Positions 24,717 through 35,985 of a DNA stretch of 64,000 nucleotides are shown one piece after another. Below the pieces are notes generated by a model, which was given only the letters and a program-made list of their open reading frames with translations, ran no database searches and was not told the origin of the DNA. Source of the DNA: Massalongia carnosa (taxonomy: Eukaryota). Each line of letters begins with the position of its first letter. Position 1 is the first letter of the stretch. Both the position numbers and the translations under genes were made by a program. The stretch lies in assembly GCA_965645245.1 (NCBI GenBank), contig OZ287076.1, forward strand, positions 1,426,001-1,490,000. Reading direction: 5' to 3'.

Positions 24717-26556
24717 AATCAGAAACGATTTATGCTGAAACATTCACGAACTTACAAAGACAAATTTTAAAATCGATATTCTTCGATTACTATAGGTTGT
24801 TACTAACACGGAGTAAAAATGGGGAAAAATTGACAATACATAGATGGGTTATAAAGGGTTGACTTATTTGTAATATAGAAACATATCCTAAAATAGTTTA
24901 GTGTCATAACCTTAGGTTGAATACACTTAATGAATAAATAAAAAAAAAAATGAGGAATTGGAGTAATATTACCAATAATTTTTATCGATTTATCGAAAAA
25001 GATTGTCTTATCAAGTATCATACGATTTCGAAAAGCTGGAAATTAAGCAAACAGTCAAGCATAAAAAATGCTGAACTGCATGCGATTTTAAAAGCAATGA
25101 AATGGGTCTATAAATTGACGAATACTAATATTTTATCGAACTTAGAAAAAACGATTTGGATTTTTTCTAATAGTAGAAACGCGATAAACGAAATTCAAAA
25201 CTTGACAAATCATATTTTCGCAAGACAAATTCGAAAGCTCGCAAAACGCTTATTTGAAAGCAATTATCAGGTGATTTTGCAATGGGTTCCGAGTCATTCA
25301 AATATTACCGGAAACGAAATTGCAGACAAAATAGCAAAGACGGGCCATAATCAAATCCTAGTCGAGTCCTCGGCGATAACATTTGATTATGTAAAAGGTC
25401 AAATAAATCAAAATACGCTAATCACATGGACGAATCAATGGCAACAATGCAAATCAAAAGGCAAATCCTACGAGAAATTCGAAATGAAACCTGGCATATG
25501 GAGATTTTATTATTTATCAAACAACTGTTCCAAATTGATATTTGCTACTATTATGCAATTGAATTTCGGACACGGCTATTTTCGATCATATTTACAGCGA
25601 TTGAAGGATTATATTTCGTCAAAATGCACAAATCGATGCAATCAACGACAAACGCCAGTACACTTGTTATTGAATTGCATTCACTATTTCGATGAAATTC
25701 AAAACATGAAACAAAATATCGATACTACGATCAACTTTAATATGTTGTTTAATACAAAAATCGGAAATGATATTTTGATTACATTCATTGTCAATAACAA
25801 AATCGCGACTAGAAAATAGATACTAGGTCAACTTGATGACGAGATTTTCGAAACTAGAGGTTGGGGAGAGATCGAACAGTAAAATCAGAAACGGTTTATG
25901 CTGAAAAATTCACGAACTTACAAAGACAAATTGTAAAATCGATATTCTTCGATTACTATAAGTTGTTACTAACACGGAGTAAGAATGGGGAAAAATTGAC
26001 GGTACATAGATTGGTTATAAAGGGTCGATTTATTTGAGAAATATATCCTAAAATAGTTTGGTGTCTTAACCTTAGGTTGAATACACTTAATGAATAAACA
26101 AAAAAATAAAGAAAAATAAAGGAGTCTACCACACCATTTACAACTGCTGAAGAGATTTTCGATTATTTAAACCGAGTATATGGTGACCCTCACAAGGAAC
26201 AAACAGCAATTCGAGAATTCCGCGACCTTAAACAAGTGGGTAAATATCGAGAATTCCATACCTTCTGGTCAGAATTCCAACGCTTAGCCAACGAACTTGA
26301 ATATTCCGAAAAGACCCTACTGAATGAACTCCGCAACAAGATGAACTTTGAGCTCCAGAAGATGCTAGCCGTCGAGGCCTACAAAGCCACCGATTTGTAT
26401 GAATTCGCACGCCTATGCATGCATACTAATCAGACCATCCGCGAGGTTGAGACCAAGACGAAAGTCTATCGAAAGAACTTTGTTGGCCCCTCAGTACCTA
26501 TCGCAAGCACGGCCGGTGGGACGACCTCTATCGTAAAGGCCTTCACCCCCGCATTA

Positions 26557-28038
26557 ACGTATTAGCCACCCATTCGGGCCAGCCACCCAATCGGGCCACC
26601 CATCAAATATATCCTGGCCAACTATCCCCTTCCACCAAAAGGAAAACAACATCACCACGATGCTTCTACCATCCCAAATATTAACTAAAAATATCACTAT
26701 CCATACGCATTTCTTTCCAGACGGCCTTTGCGAACTTTACTTTACGATTTAAAGCATGATATCGCTCCTTTTCTCTGGCTAATGCCTCCTCTTTTTGCTG
26801 TTTCTCCTCGATCTTAGCCAGCTCCTCACCCACAGTTAGCACCCTCACTTTATCACACCCCTTTCTAGACGCCTTTTAGCGTCGCTGAGCCTGTTTTTCA
26901 AATAGTTCCTGATCGAAATGCCGTAGAATAACACTATCAGCCACGGGATTCAATGCGGATGTTTGAAGCAATTTAACATGCGCGCGGAGAGATGGAGTTA
27001 CACGGGTTAACAAAGCATCGCTAGCTACCTTAATGCGTTTGTTCGTTGTGAGGGTAGTGGTAACGATATTGCGAGGTGAAGGAATGATAGATCTAGGCAG
27101 TTTGCCTAAAACATGCTCGGGATTGTATAGAATAAGACCTGCCCCCCGCCATGCATTGATGATATTGATGAGGTTGTTTCCCTCTTGACTATCACTTTAG
27201 AACTATTCGCAATGCCCATGGCAAAACCTTTTTCATCCATATTGTAAATATCTTCATCTCCGACTCCATACTTTGCTCGGGTGGTCATGTACAGTTCAAA
27301 CCATTCCTTTAAGATTTTGGGACTGTGACGAAGCGAGATAGTGAATAGATTTCTACCATTGCGCCACCTGTCCTCCTGACCAAAAGGCACAATACTTAGT
27401 CCGCAGACCAACCTCTATTCTACTATAACTGGGACTCCTGCTATGTTCGCTGTAGGTCCTGCCGTCCCCACCACGCATGGTCGAACCGTTACAGGGATGA
27501 CTTGCGTCTTTTCTGGATTGATCCAAATTTCTTTTAAATATAGTTTGGAATTGGGGATGTCTATTCATGATAGTTTTATACCAATGATGTCCTAAGGGTT
27601 TTGAGTCCCCTTTTGCTTCCAGCAGACTTTTGGTCATGCCCTGAAGGTGTTGAATACTAGGTGGCCAGCCCCATGCAGTCATCCGATCTATCCACGTGAT
27701 CAAGCCCTGTTCTTCTTCTACTGATAGTCTTTGAGTGGCCTTATGGGAGGTTTTTGCGTCACGTCAGCCTTGAAAACTGGCCTGTAAGGTCGATCAGGGA
27801 ACTCTGTAAATGCGCGCTATCTCCCGCGGCGAAATGCCAGGGTTTTTGCGTATTTCTTCAATAGCCAAGTGTAATCTAGTAGCAGAGTCATGTACGGATA
27901 TGTTTTTAGGCATTTTATGTATAGTTTATCGATAAAGGAGTGATGGTGGTGGATTGGAAGGAAAAGATTAATATTCGGCTGCTAGATTTTGAGGGGTGGC
28001 CCGATTGGGTGGCTGGCCCGAATGGGGGGCTAATACGT
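26557..28038 (-). mobile_element. Fot1/pogo-like DNA transposon, internally deleted
   Basis: ~44-bp TIRs starting ACGTATTAGCC (26557-26600, 27995-28038); TA TSD at 26555-26556 and 28039-28040. The minus strand from ATG at 27913 encodes HTH-psq-like and CENP-B-type HTH segments and IYNMDEKGF; most of the DDD domain is missing. Confidence 0.9.
27324..27493. mobile_element. 170-bp solo LTR inside the Fot1-like transposase
   Basis: TGTGACG...CGTTACA termini; 5-bp TSD GGGAC (27319-27323) / GGGAT (27494-27498). It interrupts the transposase between RKDAS and PKILKEWF. Confidence 0.75.
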
Positions 28039-28101
28039 TAACCCGTACTCCCGCAATGCATTCCGTCACAAGCAGCCGATCTTCAACGCCCTTTATGGCC
28101 C

Positions 28102-29027
28102 GACTGTTTGTTTAATTTCCAGCTTTTCGAAATCGTATGATATTTGAGGAGACAATCTTTTTCGATAAAACGATTGAAGTTATTGGTGAAATTGTTCCAA
28201 TTTCGCATAATTGGTGCTAATGTGACAGCGGAAGTTGAAAACTCGGTTTTTGATCCATCGGTATAGAGTAACACTCGCGATTTATCGGCGTTTCTTGATT
28301 GAATTTTTGATAAAGTCGAATAATAACTTGACTTTGCTGTTTCTTTTGATCTTTTGATTTGGAACTTGATTTTACAAGACGGCTTCCATGGTTTGATGAA
28401 ATTATTTACTGATTCGAATTCATCAGTTTTGTGAACTATATCCGAAACGGAATGAAGAATACGGATAAGCTGACTAGGATGAGGTTACTCGATTTTTTCT
28501 CGTCTTCGTTCCATTCAGCATATCTGTTGTTCCATAAACTAGTGTCAAAACCTATGGTTTCGAATTTCACCGAATAGGTACTGGGAATTCTTTGACAAAT
28601 AGGATTATTTTCGGCAATCTTCAATAATCGAATTGCGTATTTTTGATTTTTCATCAACAATCGTAGCTTGGCTGGTAAAATATGCGATTCAATTTCCATC
28701 GCCTGAACAGGCGTGGCTTTGAATGCTCCTAAAATCTTTCGAATCATTCGATTTTGCAGATTCTGAAATAGCTTTTCATATTTCTTTTGACTATTATACC
28801 AGATTTCTGAGCCATAGTCCGATATAGGTTATCGAAAGTTTGTTAAATGTGTTGAATTTCATCAAAATAGTGAATGCAATTCAATAACAAGTGATCTGGC
28901 GTTTGTCGTTGATTGCATCGATTTGAGCATTTTGACAAATTATAATTTTTCAATCGATGTAAATATGATCGAAAATAGCCGTGTCCGAATTTTAATTGCA
29001 TAATAGTAGCAAATACCAATTTGGAAC
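28102..29027 (-). mobile_element. Two joined LINE ORF2 fragments (A-type 28102-~28829; B/D-type ~28830-29027)
   Basis: ORFs 28083-28274, 28436-28747 and 28843-29082 match non-adjacent parts of ORF2 on the minus strand. Confidence 0.85.
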
Positions 29028-29647
29028 TAACCCTCCATAGCACAATCAGTCCCACTGAGCAAAAAACGGCTGAAAAATACACACGCAGCTAAAAAAGGCA
29101 GAAAGCGCTCTAACAACTCAAATCCGCACTGGCAAAATGGGGTTAGCTGACTTCCTGTACAAGCGAAGGGTGCCCTCCGTCACCTCACCAGCCTGCTCAT
29201 GTGGCTGGCACAGACAAACTCCAGAACATGTAATCATGTTCTGCATACTTATTGACAATAGAGAACAGATGTTTCGCGCCGCCGGCACGAGCGACTATTA
29301 GCAGCTGACCAAATAATCCAAAACTCTGAAGATACTTACTGCTTGGCTAATGAAAACAGGCTTATTGAATCAATTCTCACTAGCATCAACATTATTGTAA
29401 AATCAACAATAGTTGAACCTTTCTTTCTTTCTTCTCTTTTCACAAGGCATTACAGTTCCCACACGTCTTTTGCACTGCGTCTCCCGCCCGACGTCGACCC
29501 GTAGTCACATCGGACGGGTATCAAGGGACATGGTTTTTACACCTGTGAAAGGTTTTCCATGTAACATAACTTAGATAGCTTTGCCCGCATGGGCCGGCCT
29601 ACGGCCGGTGTCATATCGGAGTATAAATACATCATCATCATCATCAT
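29028..29647 (+). mobile_element. 5'-truncated 3' end of an unrelated Tad1-type LINE with a (CAT)n tail
   Basis: Plus-strand translation AESALTTQIRTGKMGLADFLYKRRVPSVTSPACSCGWHRQTPEHVIMFC (LINE C-terminal zinc-finger region), then a UTR ending in CAT repeats at ~29630-29647. Confidence 0.8.
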
Positions 29648-29693
29648 ATAGGCAAAGTCATATACCTATTTCAACAACCAGGGTCTTATATAA

Positions 29694-29980
29694 TCATGAA
29701 ATCGAACCAACCCGATCCAGAATCAATTCCGCAGATGAATCTGACTAAGCTCCCGTTCCTTTATTCAGCTTAGTCAGAATCTCATTAACTAAATCGAGTT
29801 TAGACCCCTCTCAAAGGCTTCAGGTCAAAGCTGTACCATCACCATCAAAGCGTACCAACGACAGGAGAACCTCATCTCCGCCTTTTATCGTCAAACACCT
29901 CGTCAAACCTTCGTGCCGTACGTCTCCTAATAGGGGGAGGTGAACACTGATCGAATCTTCATGCAAAGGGGTGCGAGATA
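29694..29980 (+). mobile_element. Partial LTR of the gypsy-B family
   Basis: Reverse complement of part of LTR 39381-39828 (TCATGAAATCGAACCAACCCGATC...). Confidence 0.88.
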
Positions 29981-30404
29981 AAGATTTTAGGAACTTTCAA
30001 AACCATACCTATTCAGGCGATGGAAATTGAATCACATGTTTTACCAGTTAAACTTCGATTATTAATGAAAAATCAAAAATACGCAATTCGATTATTGAAG
30101 ATTGCCGAAAATAACCCTATTTGTCAAAGAATTCCAAACACATATTCGATAAAATTCGAAAACATCGGTTTTGATACTAGCTTATGGAACAACAAATATG
30201 CCAAATGGAAAGAAGACGAAAAACAAACAAATAAACGACATCCTAGTCAGCTTATTAGCGTTCTGGACTCCGTTTCGGTCATAGTTCACAAAACTGATAA
30301 AGTCGAACAAATAAATAACTTTATAAAACCCCATGGAAGTGGTCGTGTAAAATCGAATTTCAAATCGAAAACTCAAAAGAAACAGCAAAATCAAGTTATT
30401 ATTC
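29981..30404 (+). mobile_element. LINE ORF2 internal fragment (B/D-like)
   Basis: ORF 30020-30448 begins MEIESHVLPVKLRLLMKNQKYAIRLL and ends at the poly-T of the next element. Confidence 0.88.
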
Positions 30405-33400
30405 TTTTTTTTATTTATTCATTAAGTGTATTCAACCTAAGGTTATGACGCTAAACTATTTTAAGATATGGTTTTATTTTACAAATAAATCAACCCTTTA
30501 TAACCCAACTATGTATCGTCAATATTGCCCCGTTTTTACTCCGTGTTAGTAACAACCTTTAGTAATCGAAATATCGATTTTAAAATTTGTTTTTGTAAAG
30601 CTCGTAAATATTCCAGCATAAATCATTTCTAACTTTACTGTTCGATCTCTCCCCAACCTCCCGTTTGGATATTTTCGTCATCGAGCTGACCTAGCATCCA
30701 TTTTCTAGTCGCGATTTTGTTATCAACAATAAATTTAATCAAAATATTATTTCCGATCCTAGTATTAAACAACATTTTTAAAGTAATTGTGGTATCGATA
30801 TTTTGTTTCATGTTTAGGATTTCATTTGAATAATGTATGCAATTCATCAATAAGTGTTCTGGCGTTTGACGTTCGTTGCAGCGCCCTGTGCATTTTGACG
30901 AATTATAATCTTTCAATCGGTGTAGATATGATCGAAAATAACCGTGTCCGAATTTCATTTGCATAATAGTTGCAAATATTAATTTAGAACAATTATTCGA
31001 CAGATAATAAAAACTCGATTTGCCCGGCTGCATTTCGAATTTCTCATAGTATTTGCCTTCTGACTTGCATTTTTGCCATTGATTCGCCCATGTGGCTAAC
31101 ATATTTCGATTTATTTGACCCTTCACATAATCAAATGTTATTATCGAAGACTCGACTAGGATTCGACTATGTCCCGCTTTTGCTGCTTTATCTGCAATTT
31201 CATTTTCGACGATTTTCGAATGACTAGGAATCCATTGTAGAACCACCTGATAATTGTTTCCGAATAAGCATTTCGAGAATTTTCGAATTTGTTTTGCGTA
31301 AGTTTGATTTGTCAAGTTCTGAATTTCGTTTATCGCGTTTATGCTATCGGAAAAAATCCAAATCGTTTTTTCCAAATTGAAGAGAATATTCGCAATTGTC
31401 AATTTGTATGCCCATTTTATTGCTTTTAGTATCGCATACAGTTCAGCGTTTTTAACGCTTGACTGTTTGTTTAATTTCCAGCTTTTCGAAATCGTATGAT
31501 GTTTGAGGAGACAATCTTTTTCGATAAAACGATTGAAGTTATCGGTGAAATTGTTCCAATTTCGCGTAATTGGTGCAAATGTGACAGCGGAAGTTGAAAA
31601 CTCGGTTTTTGATCCATCGGTATAGAGTAAAATTTGCGATTTATGGGCGTTTATTGATTGAATTTTTGATAAAGTCGAATAATAACTTGACTTTGCTGTT
31701 TCTTTTTATCTTTCGATTTGGAACTTGATTTTACAAGACGGCTTCCATGGTTTGATGAAATTATTTACTGATTCGAATTTATCAGTTTTGTGAACTATAT
31801 CCGAAACGGAATGAAGAATACGAATAAGCTGACTAGGATGAGGTTTACTCGATTTTTTCTCGTCTTCGTTCCATTCAGCATATCTGCTGTTCCATAAACT
31901 AGTGTCAAAACCAATGTTTTCAAATTTCACCGTATAGGTACTGGGAATTCTTTGACAAATAGGATTATTTTCGGCAATCTTCAATAATCGAATTGCGTAT
32001 TTTTGATTTTTCATCAACAATCGTAGCTTGGCTGGTAAAATATGCGATTCAATTTCCATCGCCTGAACAGGCGTCGTTTTGAATGTGCCTAAAATCTTTC
32101 GAATCATTCGATTTTGCAGATTCTGAAATAGCTTTTCATATTTCTTTTGACCGTTAACCAGATTTCTGAGCCATAGTCCGAAATAGGAATAATGCATGAC
32201 AAATAGAGCTGTCTGCATGCAGTTGGCTTTAGTCCCCATTCAGACTTCATCAAATTTTGAATTGCGAAAAACGATCGATTTGCAGAAGCAATTCGCGTTT
32301 CGACGTGTTTTTTGTAATTTAGTTTTCGGTCTAACCAGACTCCTAACCATTTGACAGAATTTTTCGGTTCTAGTATTGTCCCGTTTGGTAATTGCACTTT
32401 GTCTTTTGATGCATTTCTTGACTTTTCGAAGTGAATCAACTCAGATTTGTCGTCATCAAATTTGACATTATTCGTTGTGGCCCAATCAAAAGCTGTTTTG
32501 ACGATAATTTCGATTTCTTTGCAATTCTGTGTTGCAGTTTTATTTTCGACATATATTGCAACATCGTCTATAAAGCTAGGTGAATGAGCATTGAATTTCA
32601 TTCGTATTTTTGGAAATAAGTAACGAATATAAATCAGAAATAGAATTGGCGAAATTGGTGAACCTTGTGGAATTCCAGATTCGATATAGTACGTTTTGCT
32701 TTGGTGTTCATCGAATATCAAATTGATCGATCGTTTTGTCATAAAATGCTTGACCCATTGAATAACTATGCGAGATAAATGCAGCTTTTTCATGACATTT
32801 AGCAATTGATTAATCGAAACAAAGTCAAATGCTCCTTTGACATCGAGTAATAGACATGATAAAACGTTTTTGTTTCGGTTTGCGATTTCGATATCATGAA
32901 CGACGTTTATTACCGCATCGATTGCAGAATGATTTTTCCGTCCGCCTATTTGTTCGGTATCTAACAAGCTCGAATTTTCGCCGAGGTAGGCTAGTCGATT
33001 AGCAACTATTTTCTCCGCAATTTTACCAAGACAATTCAGTAAGGTAATAATTCGATATGATTATGGCAGCGAGTAGTCTGGTTTATTAGGTTTTTTTTAA
33101 AACAGCACCGAGTCCTGTTCGCCAACATAACCGGTGATAACCGATTTGTATAAATTTAGAATAAATAGTAAAAAACACGTTTTTCAATGGTTGAAACGCT
33201 TTCTGAATTATTGTGAACTTGTTTGCATCAGGTCCACATGATTTCTTTGGATTAAACAAACTAATCGCATTTTGCAATTCATTTTCGGTTAAATTCGGCC
33301 AATTGTTGTCATTTTCGCTGTCTTGATTCGTTAAATCTTCAATATTATCATCCATGAACGGGTTTTTTGTGTACATTGCTGACACAAACGCATCGCATTT

Positions 33401-35985
33401 GTGATCGATTTGAACATTTAACTTATTTTCATATTGAATAGGTGGTATTTTTTCGAACATGCGCAGTTTAGTGTATTTATAAGCTGTAAATAAGTCTTTA
33501 TTCGCTGCGTTTTCGAGGAAAGCCAACCAAGTTTGCTGTTTCGCTTTTCGAATTGCATGAAAGTACTCGATTCGACTATGTCTAAATGTTTGATGACTAA
33601 AATAGGACGGATTATTCTTCCATTCTCGACGATGTCTATACATGATTTTTCGAAGTCCGGATAAATCTTGCGACCACCAATTTTTCGATTTTGCGCATAT
33701 TTTTTCTTCGGAATAAACATTTCAGCCGCGTTTTTGATAACGTTTTGCAAATATAACGCTGATTCATCAAATTGATAATTGTTCAATAGACTTTGTATTT
33801 GGGACTCGTAGTTTATTGCATTTTCGTCTAGAAACTTCGCGAATTTATCGCAATCGGCTTTATTGCAGTTGTATTTATTCGATAATGCGGTTGCGTGTGA
33901 CGTCAAGTTCTTGAAAGACGCGATAAGTTCAAATCGAACAACTTCATGATCTGAACCCGTGACTGCGTTTTCATCGATTTTAGAATTTGCAAATGTTAAA
34001 TTAATAATAGATGAAGAGTTTCCTGAATGAGCAAAAAATGTATATAGATCAGGCGTATTTATCAAACTACATTTGTTTAATTTTAACCATTTGACTAGAT
34101 TTTCTGATCGAATTGCATTTTGAATCTTCGAATTCCCCCAGCTATGATGTGCATTGAAATCTCCACATATGAGAAATTGATCAGTTGATATAGGTTGATA
34201 TTTAACTAAAAGTCGATCGATTGTATATGTTTCTCGATCGTTTAGACCTTTTTCATTGTAAAGGTTAAAGATCTGCACTTTTCGAACTTCATCAATTGTA
34301 ATTTCGATAATTTGCAGATCAGTATCGTTTATAAGATCCGTTCTAGGCGTGCATTGTAATTTTGGATTGCATTTTGTAACGAATATAGCTACTCTCGGCC
34401 GATAAGTCGCTATTTTCGGCATAATACATGTGAATGACGGATGGGAAATTGTTTTTTGATCTCGCGTCCATGGTTCCTGAAATAAAACAATATCAACACG
34501 ATTTAATACTGCATATTCCAGACACGAAATCATTGAATTCGTTGACTTTGCACAATTATGTTGAATAAATTTGACATTTTGTGTATTTTCGATATTTGTC
34601 AACGAATGTTGTCCCGCCATTAACCAAGCATTAATTCATCATTCGATTTTCTAGGATTTAGCGACATAAACATTTCGCAACCTATATCGTTCGATTGATG
34701 ATTTTTGTTGCAATTGACGCATTTCAGAATTGCATGTGCGCATGCGATTTTAGACTTGCATGTTGTGCATTCATGATTATGCGTTTCATGACTTTGTACG
34801 CATATATTGCATTTTGCCGGACTTTTGCATTGATAATGCTTATGTCCAAATTTCTGACAATTAATACATTGCGTGTTTGGACGAACGGAAGCAAATATTT
34901 CCGTGTCACAATGTCTACCCGCGATATTCACGCCTCTTAACGCGTTTGACGCTTGATTTTGATTATTGAAAGTCAAAACTACCGACGACGTGACTTTGTT
35001 TTGACGATCCCGAGCAAGCCATCTTGTTAAATCGCATAGTTGCATATTCGAATTGTATTTTGCGATTTCGATTTGCAAATATTGCATGTTATTATCGAAT
35101 AACGAGATATTTACTCCGTGTGCTATGACTTTAAACCAGGATTCGTCTCTTCGAATTCTTTGTGATTCGAAAGTGTGTTCCCATGAAGATTTATTTTTCA
35201 ACAATTCTTCGGCATTGTTGTCAGGGCTAGTGGTGAGAACGATATTCTGACCGGTTTTGGACTTTTCAACAGTATTGACGATGATGTTTAAATTTGCGTT
35301 TTTTAATAGCGCGTTAATTTGATCACGCAACTTCATAGAGTCGATTTGAGCGTCAGGATTTTTCGGTGAAATCACGAGTCCTCTGGCCTTGATTGCATCA
35401 AATCGATCGACTTTGTTCGAATTATGATTCGAACTTTTCCTTTGAATAGTAGTCCAATTTTCGGAGTTTTCGGTTGCTTTTCCAAGCATTTGACTCCATG
35501 TACCGGTTGTGCTAACATTGTTACCAGAGACCCCGGTGGCTCCTTTGCGAATGGTCTGATTTTCGATAATTGAATTTTCGTTCAATTTAACAACAGGTTT
35601 TTGGATTTTTGGACCATTCTGTAGTGGAGTCGTTTGTTGTTATGACGTTTGAGGAAAGATGACTAGTTTGATCAAGTACTATGCCCATTTTATAGTTAAT
35701 CATATCTAAGGATGTTTGTAAATTGATTGATTTTTTCGAAATCAACGAATTAACGTTGTCAATTACGAAAGCCGTTTGTGGATTTTTGTCCAGTACAAAT
35801 GATTGCAATAATGCTTTTTTGGCCGACTTTAGAAGCTCAATTGAATTTGCCCGATTGATCGCTTCTTGGCTATCTCTCGAATTTTCGTCAAATGTGCGTC
35901 TTTTATTTCGTTTGATTGGTGGGCTTGATCCAATGTTTAAGTTCAATGAAGGCATCGGCAAGATAGTGGAAAATGGACCCGATGG
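30405..35985 (-). mobile_element. Subfamily-A LINE (A3), 5'-truncated within ORF1, with several frameshifts
   Basis: Poly-T at 30405; ORF pieces from 30635-31402 through 35587-35994 match copy A2. Its 5' side abuts gypsy-A protease sequence at 35986; no TSD found. Confidence 0.93.

Larger units (their letters stand above)
18157..24949 (+). mobile_element. Full-length, apparently intact Tad1-like LINE, subfamily B (B2)
   Basis: ~890-nt 5' UTR, open ORF1 and ORF2, poly-A. 13-bp TSD ATGAGGAATTGGA at 18144-18156 and 24950-24962. Confidence 0.96.
9782..26120 (+). mobile_element. Older subfamily-B LINE serving as host, now in three pieces (9782-10553, 17321-18156, 24963-26120)
   Basis: The three pieces join into one colinear B-type ORF2 across the TSDs of the two inserted LINEs. 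It ends in an A-rich tail at ~26091-26120 and carries frameshifts and stops. Confidence 0.9.
26118..28103 (+). pseudogene. Fragment of gypsy-C gag (second copy), split by a Fot1-like element
   Basis: 26118-26556 and 28041-28103 match the reverse complement of gag 54600-55895 (GKYREFH.FWSEFQRLANELEYSEK...). Confidence 0.9.
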
